From the NCBI RefSeq assembly GCF_963921235.1, contig NC_086108.1:40116001-40180000 (forward strand): 64,000 bases of DNA. The letters are read 5' to 3'. Numbering within the stretch: the stretch's first letter is position 1; every line of letters starts with the position of its first letter. This document shows, piece after piece, positions 14,520 through 28,200 of this stretch. The notes beneath the pieces are model-generated. The model searched no databases. It was not told the DNA's origin and worked only from the letters and a program-made list of their open reading frames with translations. The DNA is from Mobula hypostoma. Its lineage: Eukaryota. A program made the position numbers and the translations under genes.

Positions 14520-15085
14520 GGCACCAGAGGTCATGGGTTAAGGGAGAAAGGTGAAAAGTTTAAGGGGAACATGAGGGTTGCGAGAGTGGAATGAGCTGCC
14601 AGCACAAGTGGTGCCTGCAAACTCGATTTCAACACTTAACCATATAACAACCATATAACAATTACAGCACAGAAACAGGCCATCTCGGCCCTTCTACTCC
14701 GTGCCAAACTCCTACTCTCACCTAGTCCCACCGACCTGCACTCGGTCCATAACCCTCCATTCCTTTCCTGTCCATATATCTATCCAATTTAACTTTCAAC
14801 GACAACATCAAATCTGCCTCAACCACTTCTGCTGGAAGTTTGTTCCACACAGCTACCACTCTCTGAGTAAAAAAGTTCCCCCTCATGTTACCCCTAAACT
14901 TTTGCCCTATAACTCTCAAATCGTGTCCTCTTAAGAGAAGTTTGGATAGGTATATGAATTGTTGAGTTTTGGAGAGCTACAGTACTGGTGCAGATTGATG
15001 GGAGTATGCTGTTTTAGTGGTTTTGGCGTGGACTAGATGGGCAAAGAGCCTGTTTCTGTGCTGTACTTCTCTATGACTCTGCTGT
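14520..15085 (+). mobile_element. CR1 3' end with a nested opposite-strand CR1 3' end (about 14640-14929)
   Basis: Both carry the CR1 C-terminal motif (inner copy: NFFTQRVVAVWNKLP); the inner copy is flanked by CTTAA repeats. Confidence 0.75.
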
Positions 15086-15271
15086 TAGGGATTCACATTA
15101 GCTTTGATTGAACATAGTGCTGTCTAAAATTTGGATTAGGCCACACTTGGAGTATGATGTAGAGTTATGGTTGTCACATTACAAGAAGAATATGGGGGAA
15201 TTGAACAATGTGCAAAAGAGATGCTGGGGGAGATGAGGGTATATGCTATAATTAGAAATTGGACAAACTCA

Positions 15272-15453
15272 CATCAAAGTTGCTGGTGAATGCAGCAGGC
15301 CAGGCAGCATTTCTAGGAAGAGGTACATTCGACATTTTGGGCCGAGGCATCGACTGTACCTCTTCCTAGAGATGCTGCCTGGCCTGCTGCGTTCACCAGC
15401 AACTTTGATGTGTGTTGCTTGAATTTCCAGCATCTGCAGATTTCCTCGTGTTT
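15272..15453. mobile_element. Penelope pseudo-LTR foldback insertion
   Basis: Inverted arms of about 70 bp; 10-bp TSD GACAAACTCA (15262-15271, 15454-15463); sits inside a CR1 remnant. Confidence 0.8.
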
Positions 15454-15750
15454 GACAAACTCAGATTGTTTTCTCTGTAGCATCAGAGCCTGAGCTGATA
15501 GAAATTTATAAAATTATGGGATGCACAGATAAGCCTGAGGAGTAGACTATTCGAATCATTTTCCAAGCGTGGAAATCTCAAATACTAAATGGCAGAGCTT
15601 TAAGCTGAGAGGGAGTAGATTCAAAGGAGATGTATGGGGAATTTTGTTTTACACAGAGGGTTAGGTGCCTGGATCGTGCTGCCAGAGATGGTGGTGCTTG
15701 AATCAGATCTGATAATGGCATTTAAATGACTTTTGGATAGGCACATGAAT

Positions 15751-18548
15751 AAGATCATAAGACATAGGAGCAGAATTAGGCCATCTGGCCCATCGGGTTT
15801 GCTCCACCATTCAGTCATGGCCAATCCTTTTTTTTTCTCCTCCTCAACCCCAGTTCCTATCCTTCTCTCCGTAACTTTGATGCCATGTCCAATCAAGAAC
15901 CTATCAACCTCTACCTTAAATGCACCCAACACCAGCCTCCACTGGCGCACATGGCTACAAATTCCACAAATTCACCATGCTTTGGCTAAAGAAGTTTCTC
16001 CACATCTCTGTTTTGAAAGGGCGCCCCTCTATCCTGAGACTGTGCCTTCTTGTCCTATACTCCCCCACCATGGGAAACATCCTTTTCACATCTACTCTGT
16101 CTAGGCCTTCCAACATTCGAAAAGTTTCAATGAGATTCCCCCTCATCCTTCTGAATTCCAGTGAGTACAGACCCAGAGCTATCAAACGTTCCTTGTATGA
16201 TAACTCCTTCATTCCTGAAATCATCCTTGTGAACCTCCTCTGGGCCCTCTCCAATGCCAGCACATCTTTTCTAAGATGAGGGGCCCAAAGCTGTTCACAA
16301 TTCTCAAGCTGAGTCCTCACCAGTGCCTTATAAAGCCGCAGCATCACATCCTTGCTCTTCAAATGAATGTTAACATTGTATTTACCTTTCTCACCACTGA
16401 CTCAACCTGCAAGTTAACCTTTAGGGTATTCTGCACGAGGACTCCCAAGTCCCTTTCCATCTCAGATTTTTGGATTTTCTCTCTGTTTAGAAAATAGTCC
16501 ACACATTTATTTCTACAACCAAAGTGAAGGTATTTCATTTGTCACTTTCTTGCCCATTCTCCTGATCCGTCTAAGTCCATCTGCATCCAACCTGTTTCCT
16601 CAACACTACCTGCCCCTCCACCAATCTTTATATCACCTGGAAACTTAGCAGCAAAGCCATCTATTTCATCATATAAATCATTTATATACAGCAAAAAAAG
16701 AAGTGATCCCAACACCGACCCCTGCGGAACACCACTAGTCACTGGCAGCTAACCAGAAAAGGATCCTTTTATTCCCACTTGCTGCCTCCTATTAGTCAGC
16801 CAATGCTCTGTCCATGCCAGTAACTTTCTTGTAATACTATGGGCTCTTAAGTTGGTAAGCAGACTCATGACCTGAGCAGACCTGAGGAGATCTAAGGTAC
16901 CGGTGACCCCTGTTTCCATCCAGGGGGTCAGTGTGGACATGGCGGAGGATTACAAATACCTGGGGATATGAATTGACAATAAGAATTGGACTGGTCTAAG
17001 AACACTGAGGCTAGCTACAAGAAGGGTCAGAGCCATCTCTATTTCCTGAGGAAACTTAGGTCCTTTAACATCTGCCGGACAATGCTGAGGATTTCTATGA
17101 GTCTGCGGTGGCCAGTGCTATCACGTTTGCTGTTGTGTGCTGGGGCAGAAGGCTGAGGGTAGCAGACACCAACAGAATCAACAAACTCATTCGTAAGGCC
17201 AGTGATGTTGTGGGGATGGAACTGGACTCTCTCACGATGGTGTCTGAAAAGAGGATGCTGTCTAAGTTGCATGCCATCTTGGTCAATGTCTCCCATCCAC
17301 TACATAATGTACTGGGTGGGCACAGAAGTACATTCAGCCAGAGACTCATTCCTCTGAGATGCAGCACAGAGCGTCATAGGAAGTCATTCCTGCCTGTGGC
17401 CATCAAACTTTACAACTCCTCCCTTGGAGGGTCAGACACCCTGAGCCAATAGGCTGGTCCTGGACTTATTTCATAATTTACTGGCATAATTTACATATTA
17501 CTATTTAACTATTTATTACTATTTTTCTATTACTATTCTATTACTAGTTATTATTTCCATGACTATTACTATTTACTAGTAGTAGTATTACTATTACTAT
17601 TTGTTATTTATGGTGCAACTGTAACGAAAACCAGTTTCCCCTGGGATCAATAAAGTATGACTATGACTATGACTATGTGTGGCATTTTGGCAAATGCCTT
17701 CTGAAAGTCCAAATATACAACATCCACTACATCCCCTTTATCTATCCTACTTGTAATCTCCACAAAGAATTCCAGTGGGTTCATCAGGCAGGATTTTCCC
17801 TGAAGGAAACCACTCTGATTTTGTACTATTTTGTCCTGTGTCACCAAGTACTCCATCACCTCATCCTTAACAATTAACTCTAACATCTTCCCAACCACTG
17901 AGGTCAGGCTAACTTGTCTATAATTTCCTTTCTGCTGCTTTCCTCCTTTCTTAAAGAGTGGAGTGACATTTGCAGTTTTCCAGTCCTCTGGCACCATGCT
18001 GGAGTCCAGTGATTTTTGAAAGATCATTACTAATGACCCCACAATATCTACAAGTATCTCTTTCAGAACCCTAGGGTGCAGTTTATCTGGTCCGGGTGAC
18101 TTTTGTACCTTTAGGTCTTTCAGCTTTTTGAGCACCTTCTCTCTTGTAACAGTAACTGTACCCACTTCTCTTCCTTCACACACTACAACAGCTGGCACAC
18201 TACTAGTGTCTTCCACAGTGAAGACTGATACAAAATACTCATTTTGTTCATCAGCCATCTCCTTGCCCCCGTTATTATTTCTCCTGCCTCATTTTTTAGT
18301 GATCCGAAATCCACTCTCATTTCTCTTTTATTTTTAACATACTTGGAAGAACTTTTACTCTCCACTTTGATATTATTTGCTGGCTTGCTTTCATGTTTCG
18401 ATTTTTCTCTTCTAATGATTTTTTTAGTTGCTCTCTGTAGGTTTTTAAAAACTTCCCAATACTCTGTCTTCCCACTAATTTTTGCTTTGATGTATGCCCT
18501 TTCTTTTGCTTTTACCATAGTTTTGACTTCCCTTGTCAGCCATGGTTG
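15751..18548 (-). mobile_element. CR1 LINE, 5'-truncated, ORF2 RT frameshifted
   Basis: ORF track: KSPGPDKLHPRVLKE, GNYRQVSLTSVVGK, VYLDFQKAF, SGVPQGSVLG, YKALVRTQLE. Interrupted by the Rex1-type insertion at 16869-17676. Confidence 0.92.
16869..17676 (+). mobile_element. Rex1/Babar-type LINE 3' fragment nested in CR1
   Basis: YKYLG, KKGQSHLYFLRKLRSFN, SHPLH..., RKSFLPVAIKLYN; aataaa followed by a (TATGAC)n tail. Confidence 0.8.
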
Positions 18549-18879
18549 ACCAGGGAGTGGAAGAATTTGGTTGTGAGCAGACAGAAAGGACCATTTAACC
18601 CCAGATGTTTTGTCTTGAAGCAATATACATCATTTACAGTATAAATTGTTTCATCATTTAAAAGTTTTCCATTACTGGTTTAATGTGATACCCTCTAATA
18701 TTCATTCCCAGTCTGCCATAGCCAACCCATGCCTCATTTCTCAGAGTTGCTTGATTCAGATTTAGCACTGTGCTTTTAGATTGAATGAAGTTTCTTCAAT
18801 CTCATAAAAATATTATGATCAATTTTTCTTAAAAGTCTCTTCATTTCTGGATCATCGGTTGTATCTTTCTCATTATTTC

Positions 18880-20035
18880 AGTGACTCTACTTCTTCAGGA
18901 AGCTCAAGAATGTTAGCACATTCTCTTTGACCCTCATCAATATTTATTGATACACCATGGAAAGCATCCTATCCAGATTCATCACAGCTTGCTATGGCAA
19001 CTGCTCGGTATTTGTCTGCAAGACTCTACAGAGAGATATGGACATAGTTCGGCACATCAAAGAAACCAGCCTACCCTCCATGGACTCTGTCTACACTTTT
19101 CACTGCCTCAGTAAAGCAGTCAACATAATCAAAGACCCCACCCACCCTGGGCCTTCCGACATGTCGGTCCATGGCCTCCTCTACTGCCACAATGTGATCA
19201 TGCTCAGGTTGAAGGAGCAGCAACTCATATTCTGTCCGGATAGCCTCCAACCTGCAGCATCAATATTGATTTCTTTAACTTCTGGTCATTTTTGCCTCTA
19301 CCCTCTTCTCTCCTTTTCCATTCCTATTCTGACTCCCCTCTTACCCCTTCTCTTCTCCTCACCTGCCTATCAACTTCCTCTAGTACCCCCCCCTTTCTTT
19401 TCTCCCATGGCCCACTCTCATCTCCTATCAAATTCCTTCTTCTTCAGCCCTTTATCTATTCCACCTATCACCTCCCAGCTTTTCACTGCATTCCCACTTC
19501 CCCCTCTGACCTACTTTCTCCCTCACCTGGCTTCACCTATCATATTCCAACTTGTACTCATTTCCCTCCCCCACCTTCTTATTCTGACTTCTTCTCCCTT
19601 CCTTTCCAGTCCTGATGAAGGGTTTCAGCCCTAAATATCAACTCCTTATTCCTTTACATAGATGCTGCCTGACCTGCTGAGTTCCTCTAGCATTTTGTGT
19701 GTGCCACCCTGGGCATTCTCCCACTTCCCATTGTGCAGAGGTTACAGAAGCCTGAAAGCATGTACCACCAGGCTCAAGGACAACTTCATTCTGCTGTTAC
19801 AAGACTATTGAATGGTCTCCTAGTACGATAAAATGGACTCTACTTTATGGTGATCTTGTACCTTTCACTGCATCTCCTCATTAACTGCAAACCTTTATTC
19901 TGCATTCTAATATTGTTTCCCTTGTACTAACTCAATGTTCTCTCTAAGTGAATTGATCTGTGTGGATGGCATGCAGAGCAAAGCTTTCCACTGTGCCTCG
20001 GCACATGTGACAATAATAAACCAATTTATCAATTT
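18880..20035 (+). mobile_element. Rex1/Babar-type LINE 3' end, interrupted by Penelope
   Basis: ESILSRFITACYGNC...IIKDPTHPG; continues after 19703 to an aataaa plus short-repeat tail. Confidence 0.75.
19153..19703 (+). mobile_element. Penelope-like element 3' end: GIY-YIG C-terminus, pyrimidine tract and pseudo-LTR with decayed hammerhead
   Basis: SDMSVHGLLYC...RLKEQQLIF..DSLQP resembles the C-terminal part of a Penelope GIY-YIG domain. agtcCTGATGAagggtttcagcccTAAA at about 19608-19635. 11-bp TSD CCACCCTGGGC (19142-19152, 19704-19714). Confidence 0.8.
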
Positions 20036-20168
20036 AATACCGGATTTAAAATAGTCTGTCACCTCATTAATTCTTCAGCATACTAATCCAGAAAACCATT
20101 CCTTAAAGTTTAAGGCTTAAACACTCTATAAATTCACTTTACATACTTTTGCTTGGTTTGCCAATCAA

Positions 20169-20474
20169 TATAATAGGCACCCGTTAGTCTCGTGAGACCA
20201 TGGATTTGCGCCTTGTAAGGTTTCCAGGGCGCAGGCCTGGGCATGGTTGTATGGAAGACCGGCAGTTGCCCATGCTGCAAGTCTCCCCTCTCCACGCCAC
20301 CGATGTTGCCCAAGGGAAGGGCACTAGGGCCGATACAGCTTGGCACCAGTGTCATCGCAGAGCAATATGTGGTTAAGTGCCTTGCTCAAAGACACAACAC
20401 GCTGCCTCAGCTGAGGCTCGAACTAGTGACCTTCAGATCACTAGACTGACGCCTTATCCACTTGGCCACGTGCC
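20169..20474 (-). mobile_element. tRNA-derived SINE, same family as 49197-49509
   Basis: A box TGGCCAAGTGG and B box GTTCGAGCC on minus; CORE-like ttgagcaaggcacttaa; flanked by (tgc)CAATCAA repeats. Confidence 0.85.
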
Positions 20475-20823
20475 AATCAAAATGCAACCAATATACAGGA
20501 CTTAAGCCCTGACTTTAATTGTATTACCTTTGTTACATATGCCTTCACTTTCCTGATTTATACTATGTTGTATTTTATTCGTGACCTGGCAGAAGCTTTA
20601 TTATTGAATTTACATGAATTTACATGTAACAAAAATGACATGATTTCAATCAAGAAGACTTTTTCTCTGCTAGATGCACTGTAATGTATTCTTGTTCCAT
20701 CATCCTTTTGTAAAGCTCCTTCAACCTAGCTTTGCTGTATGGTGTATGATAAGTGGAGCCCCATGTGTACCTCTTACAATGAGAGTACAGTCCATTTATC
20801 CTGTTTCCTGAATCCTACCTGAC

Positions 20824-20956
20824 CGGCTGGTGGTGTAGTGGCATCAGCACTGGACTGCAAGGCAGATGGTCCTGAGTTCAAACCCAGCCGGGTCCCATCT
20901 ATGCAGAAGAAAGGCCTAGCAGACTGCTTCTACATCTTGTCATGAAAACCCTATGG
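20824..20956 (+). mobile_element. Short tRNA-derived SINE
   Basis: A box TGGTGTAGTGG, B box GTTCAAACC, 7-bp TSD ACCTGAC. Confidence 0.65.
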
Positions 20957-23900
20957 ACCTGACAAAGATGTCAAACTCTATCGCAATTATTGGATTTTAA
21001 TTTTACTTGCAATCTACTTCAGGTGCCTTTTGGTTATTCAGAATGACACCCCCCAAGCCAAAGTGTTAGTGGCCTCCTCAAACATTCAGCCAGTCTGGTC
21101 AGAGGAGACTCAACCTTAACTATCCAGCCATTTGTTGTTTATCTTCTGCTTATTAGATTCTCTTGATCTCAGAGTTGTTCTTGGTAAGCCAGTCTTCTGT
21201 TGACCTCTCAAGCTCTGATAATTTCTCCATTCAGAGCCAAGTAAAAAGTTGAATCTCAAGAGGTTCAGGAAATTATGACAGACCTACAAATGACATAGGC
21301 GATAAGGTAGATGTGTCAACACAAAGCGAAATCACTGCCGATGGTTAGATAGAGTGTATGACTAGGAGGGAAATTGAAAGGAGAACTGGTGTCAGACACA
21401 GCTAGAATATTAAATACTTCCTCAGTTTAAATGAAGATCAGATCCCACAAAGTTTCGGAATGAAAATGGACCAAAAGATGCAATCTATCAAACAACCCAG
21501 CCACACATTTTTACAAGGCACAGGGGACTAAAACACTGAATGTTGATGAAGGAAAATCCAATAGCTTTATATTAAATACAGAATGTCTCTTTTAACTACT
21601 TCAAAAATATTCATTTTGTGTAAGGGAGATAATTTCTTCTGAAATTTCCCCTTTTTTTGCTTCTGTCATCAAATGTATCTAGAGCTTCTTTAAAACATAT
21701 ATATTCTTGCAGACTATTTTCACTTTGGGTGTTGCATGTTCCTGCTGTTTCTTAATTTAGTAAAAATAACAAATGCTCAACACTTTAGTTGGAGTTTTAG
21801 CCTTGCATACAACAATTGACAAAGATTTGATAAGAGTTATTAGATTTTTACACTGTATGCAGATAATTATGCTTGGGGTTTGTTTTGAAAGGAAAGTTGA
21901 TAATTCTATTGAACAGATAGTCTTTACAGTGTGATATTTGGGAGCTGCTCTATAGTATCTTTTGGACAGTGTGCTGGGGAAATGTGGGATGAAAATATCA
22001 ACAGTAGGAACATGAGAAGCCATGTGCTTTTGACTTTACCTCAACATTCAATAAAATCTTGGTTCCTGTTTTACTGCTCCACTTATCAGCCTTATTCGAT
22101 TACACCTAATTTCTCTGTGTCTATAAATCCCCCTGTCTCAGTGTTGAATTTTTTAAAGGCAGAACATCCTTAACCTTTTTAGGCAGAACACTTTGACATA
22201 ATTAGATTGTTATGCCCAGAAAATCAGACTATAATTCTGTCATGAGTACAATTCCAGAATAAGAGCAACATCTTCCATTTAACAGGTACCTTTAATGGAG
22301 CAAATATGTCCCAAGGCACTCTGAAGGAATAGCATCAAACAAGAAATTGATTGAAGTCAAACTGCAAAATGAGCTATTAGAGTGCTATACCCAAAGGTTT
22401 GTTCAGAGGCAAGTTTTAAAGTGAGGAAGGAGAGGAGGATGTGGAGATGTTTTGTTCCAGAGCAGCTTACCTTTGTTCTTTCACTTTCATGCAGCGGTTA
22501 AACTAAGTCATGTCGCTAACATTACTGACATAATTCAGTTCCACTCAGTGTGTCTGTCACTTTCCAACTGGTTTACTTTCACCTTTGTTTTCAGAAGATT
22601 TAGTTCAGCTTAGAGGACTGTTAGAATCCTTTTCAGGTGGACAAGCAGGACATTAGCATAATGGTTCAAACTGTCTGATTTTCGGCTGGTTATGCGCCCA
22701 TCAGTACATTTAAACTATAAAATGTCCCTGTTACGCTATCAGGGTTGGGAGTCACTGGGATGGAGCTAGAGAAAAATATAGAATCAAAAGGAGAATCTCT
22801 TGAGGGCAAAAGACTATAAAAGATAATTCACAGGACAAAGAACTAAATCATTCATCCCATCTTTCCTGTATTGGTTTATTTCCACATAAAGCAAAATAAA
22901 CCCCACTGCTCTATTTGCTCAGAATAGCCCTGCAAATCGTTATTCTATTAAAATGATGTAATGACTCCCATCTCAGTCACTGTCTGTGGCAGAACATAAC
23001 TCGTCTTTAATACTCTGCCACATGGTCATTCTTTCTCTTCATCTCTGTTCTTATATAAGTGCTTTTAATTGATCATCTCAAATCAGTAAAACCTACTCCA
23101 GACAATACGTTATTAGTCTTGTTACTCCTTTGTAATTCTAAAACAACTTTAGTACTTCAGTAAGTCTCATTGCTTTATCTTCTCTAATGGAGATAATTCC
23201 CATGTCTCAATATTCCTTGTAAGGCATCACATTGATAGATAATGAAAGATTAGATGCATTTTTATGCAGAATAACCATTGCTTCTGTATTGTAGTCCTGC
23301 AGTGATAAATAATGTGGTGTGTTAGATTTTATTTTACAATATTACTGACAGGAATTTGAAGCTATGTTGGAAATAAAAGATAGTGGGTCTGGTAAGGGGG
23401 GAGTTTCAGAAAAGCAAAGGGAAAGGAAAAGGTAGCAGTGATAAGGGTGATGAAAACTGAATGGATTGTGAACAGACTGAAGTTCAGTCATAAGAATGAA
23501 CCAGCAAGTACAACCAAAGCAAGGAAAAATAGCTGGATAATATTAAAGTTGAAAAATCACGGAGAAATGGGAAAAGCATTCACGCCAGAGTAGGTTGGAG
23601 TGAGAATTTTGCTGGGATCAGTAAAAAGGGAAATGAAATAAGAACAATTGACACGTGCAGATGTGCAGAGTGTGGCAAGTGAAGTTGGTGAAAAACAAGC
23701 AACTTCCTGTTTGGAAATATGAAGGGTGTGGCAAAGAAGAAGGTGGGTTTAAAATGGGACAGGATAGGGTGTTAACCCAAAGACTACAGGTGCTGGAATC
23801 TGGAGCATAAAACAAACTGCTGGAGTTACTCCCTGTAGCAAGAGCATTTGTGAGGTTAAACGAATTATGGGGTTAAATGTTGAGACTCCGCATCAGCACT

Positions 23901-24789
23901 ATTCATCAGGAGGATGATAAATATTCTTGGATCTATGGGCCATCCATAAGTTTAAGAGATGTGGGAGAGCAAATATGTGGAAGTAATAGAGAAATTTTAA
24001 AACAAGAGAATGATTATAATGAGGGACTTTAATTATTCAATTGTTAACTGGGAAAGTATTAGTATAAAATGTAGAAAAGATGATTTTCTAAAATATGTCT
24101 GGGATAATGTTCTTGTGCAGTATGTTTCTTCTCCAACCTTGTTAAATCTGATCCTGGGGAATGAGGTGAATCACGTGCACCAAGCTTTGGTTGCGGAATA
24201 CTGTGAAACTTCAATAATTTGGATTAGCTGGGACTAGGAGACTTTACGGACTATTCGATGTTACCTGCTACTCATACTCAAACATATTTGTATTCATGTT
24301 TTAAAATGTTACACAGCAGAGTCACAGCATGATTCAGCATAGAAACAGACACTTTGGTCCACTGAGTCAAGCTGACTAGTTACACTTATCCTTCATCAAA
24401 AATGGTCCCTTGCTTTGCGAGGTAACAGTTCCACTAGGTATGCCTCTCTTCTCAATGTGCTGTAAATTCCCCAATGAACTCAGTGGATTTGAAGGGAGCT
24501 GGAATATACAAATTCTGTGGACTCTGGTTACAACCACAAACCCACCCACATTCTTGACCTCTAGTTTTCTAGATATGAAGCCCTGCATACCCAGCCCACA
24601 GTCCAGATCCCCTTTCCCTAGATCTGACTGCACACCCTGCCTTCCCTCTGGATGCTTAGCTCGATCACAACCAATTAAATGAGTCAGGTACTATACTGGC
24701 AGGATTTCTGAATGACTGGATGCCAGGTTATTGGGATTTTACTGTATTTCTGAGCTGGTGATTCTCTCTTGTTTTTGTGTTTTATTGGA

Positions 24790-27700
24790 ATAGTGATTTA
24801 AGATCATCAATTGAAAGCATCATGGGATTTTGCTTAGCTGTAGAACAGGAACAAGTTGTTTTTAATTGTTTCAGAGTAGATCTAGCCCAGGGAAATATGA
24901 AACAAAAATTGAAGGGCAGACCTGTAACAACTGGTCTGTATTTAAGGAAGAGATGGTTAATGTCCCGTCAAAGCACACGAAAGGCCAAGGAAAAGCAGCA
25001 AATCCAGATCTCCCTGAAAATAGTGACAAAGTTAGTTAAAGGGGGCTACAATATGTTGAGCTGTACATACCTGAAAGACCAGAAGACCTTAAAACATAGG
25101 AAATGAACTTGGCCTTCTGGCCCATCAAGTCTGCTCCATCATTTGATCATGGCTGACTTATTTTTCTTCTCAACCCCATTCTCCTGTTATAACCTTTGAC
25201 ACTGTACTGATCAAGAAACTATCGATCTTCGCTTTAAATATACCCAACAACTTGGCCTCCACAAACATCTGTGGCAATGGAATTCCACAGATTCACCGCC
25301 TTTTGGCTAAAGAACTTACCTGGAAACAGGCTGAATGGGAGTCTATTTGTTGTCTGGACCTATAAGTAGTAAAAGGTTAGTACATGGACAAGTGGGGCTC
25401 ATTACACCAAAAATTGAAACTGGCACATCAATGGTGAGATTTTATTTGGGTAATAAATGAATACTTTGCAATAGCCCTCATTAGGAAAGAATGTACATTC
25501 AAAGCAAAAGTGAGAGATGATAACAATGACGCAGTAGAATCATTAACAAATTGATAACTTAAAGATGTTAGAAAAATTGACTGAATGTAAAGTAGATAAA
25601 TCACTACAAGCACGTTGGATGCATCCTAAGATTTTGAGAAAGTGAAGGAGAAATTTTGGGGTTTGGATTGTCATCTCCCAATGTTCATTGCCGGTCCAGT
25701 GCTGAAGGACTAAAGAGTAGCAAATGTTACTTCCTTTATCAAAATTAAGCAAGGTTAAGCAACTAAGGGTCAGGCAAGCTGTTCTTGGTGGTGGCAAAGT
25801 GTTTAGATCCATGGATTGAGGAAAAGATTAAAAGTCACTTTAAGGAAAATGAATGAAATAAAGCAAGTTAATATAAGTCATAATTAATTTTGTTAATTTT
25901 TCAAAGTGGCAACTGATACAGTTAATGAATGTAACACAGCTGATGAGATGCACATACGCTTCCAGAAGATTTCCAATAAGGTGCCCCATAACAGGCTTTT
26001 CAGGACACTTGCTGGACTTAGTATACAAAAGACTTCGATAGCATAGATCTGATAGTGGCCAGGTAATGGTCAGCACAGGGTCATGGTCAATGGTTGTTTT
26101 TGGAATGTGGATGGTCAATAAAGGCATGTCCTAGTGACAGGTGTTGAGGTCATTACTTCTTTTTTATCTCTATTGGAAGTCCTAATTTATAAATTTTCAG
26201 ATCACTGATGAAGTGAGGCAATTTTGAATAAAGGATGCTGTTCTAAAAGGAGTGCAGAAGTAGACAAACCAGGGTGTGAATAAATGACTGAAATTGGACA
26301 GGTAAATTGAACAGTGTGTGCTTAGCCCACTGCTCTACTCTCTATATACACATGACTGTATGGCTAGGCATAGCTCAAATATCATCTATAAATTTGCTGA
26401 TGTTACAAACATTGTTGGTAGAATCTCAGGTGGTGACGAGAGGGCATACAGGAGTGAGATATGCCAACTAGTGGAGTGGTGCCGCAGCAACAACCTGGCA
26501 CTCAACGTCAGTAAGACGAAAGAGCTGATTGTGGACTTCAGGAAGGGTAAGACGAAGGAACACATGCCAATCCTCATAGAGAGATCAGAAGTGGAGAGAG
26601 TGAGCGGTTTCAAGTTCATGGGTGTCAAGATCTCTGAGGACCTAACCTGGTCCCAAAATATTGATGAGGGTATAAAGGAGGCAAGATAGCTTCTATACTT
26701 CATTAGGAGTTTGAAGAGGTTTGGTATGTCAACAGACACACTCAAAAACTTTTATAGATGTACCATGGAGAGCATTCTGACAGGCTGTATCACTGTCTGG
26801 TATGGGGGTTGGCTACTGCACAGGATCGAAAGAAGCTGCAGAGGGTTGTAAATTTAATCAGCTCCATCTTGGTATGAGCCTACAAAGTACCCAGGACCTC
26901 TTCAAGGGAGTGGTGTCTCAGAAGGCAGTGTCCATTATTAAGGACCTCCAGCACCCAGTGCATGCCCTTTTCTCACTGTTACCATCAGGTAGGAGGTACA
27001 GAAGCCTGAAGGCACACACTCAGTGATTCAGGAACAGCTTCTTCCCTTCTGCCATCCGATTCCTAAATGGACATTGAACCCGTGAACACTACCTCATTTT
27101 TAAAAATATATATTATTTCTGCTTTTTTGCATGATTTTTTATCGATTCAATATACATATACTGTAATTGATATACTTATTATTAATTTTTCTTCTTCTAT
27201 ATTATGTATTACATTGAGCTGATGCTGCTAAGTTAACAAATTTCATGACACATACCGGTGATAATAGACCTGATTCTGATTCTGAAGACATACACAGACC
27301 TGGGCCTATCAATTGAGGCACAGAGCATGAAATGGGAAATTATGTTGAGCTTTTATAAAACACTGCACCTGTCATCTATCTGGCGTACTGTCTTTATTTC
27401 TGGTCGCCACATAATAGAAATGGCTTTAGAAACAATCCTCCCAAAATTTATGAGAATGGCTCCTGGCATGAGAACTATTGTTAGAAGGATGGAGTAGGGG
27501 GCTGAAACTGTTCCTTTGGAGAGGAGATTTGATAGATTGTGTATCAGATGCTGGGGGGTCCAGATGAAGTAGATATTCAGAATTCGTGTCTGTTGTTGGA
27601 AGTTTTGAGGACCAGTAGTCACTGATATAAGAGGGAAAAGAATTACTAGACTCATGAGAGAAAAAAAATTATGAATTGTGATTGGAAGCATGAGTATGAG

Positions 27701-27890
27701 CAGATGGCGTGTAAGCAGGTTCCGGTGTGGCTTTCAAGAAGGTTTAGGACTTAAATAAGAAAAAAAAACTTTCAAGTCCACAAATTTACAGAGTGTCACT
27801 CATGAGTTGCTCTGGTAGAGAGCTGGTGTAAACTCAATGGGCTGAGTGGTCTCCTGCATAGGAGCCAGTTTCCAATGCTATCATACTATG
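24790..27890 (+). mobile_element. Old degraded CR1 ORF2 with nested insertions (CR1 3' end about 25080-25315 on minus; Rex1 at 26315-27285)
   Basis: Scattered RT motif remnants (HP.IL, F.KVPH.RL, LSFYKTL) in colinear order. Confidence 0.5.
26315..27285 (+). mobile_element. Rex1/Babar-type LINE RT 3' half
   Basis: LSPLLYSLYTHDC, KFAD, WCRSNNLALNVSKTKELIVDFRK, IIKDLQHPVHALFSLLPSGRRYRS; (GATTCT)n tail. Confidence 0.88.
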
Positions 27891-28200
27891 ATTCACATGG
27901 CTGTAAAATGAGACCAAAATGTCTCTGTGCATCCTGGTCCAATTATTTTTGAACTTTCAAACATTGTGTGATTATTGTGTAAGGTAAACATAAAAAAAGT
28001 GGAAGCACCCAGCAGATAAGACAGCATCTGTGGAAAGAGAAAGAGCGTTAACATTGATGAAGATGCAGCTGGAGCTACATCTTCCCATCTTCCTGACGTA
28101 AGGATGAAGAGAATCGGTCTCTATTCTCTTGTGTTTAGAAGAACAGAAAGACCCACACTGGAGCATATAAGGTTCTGAAAGGTCTTTTCAAAGTGGATGC

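Noticed and set aside
18957..19634. 225-aa ORF as a novel gene
   Set aside because: It is a read-through of a Rex1-type LINE end, a Penelope GIY-YIG remnant and a low-complexity C/T tract; the TSD marks the junction.
22584..22625. Possible 42-nt plus-strand micro-exon (DLVQLRGLLESFS)
   Set aside because: Reasonable acceptor but weak donor (GTGGAC), no partner exons and no recognisable protein.
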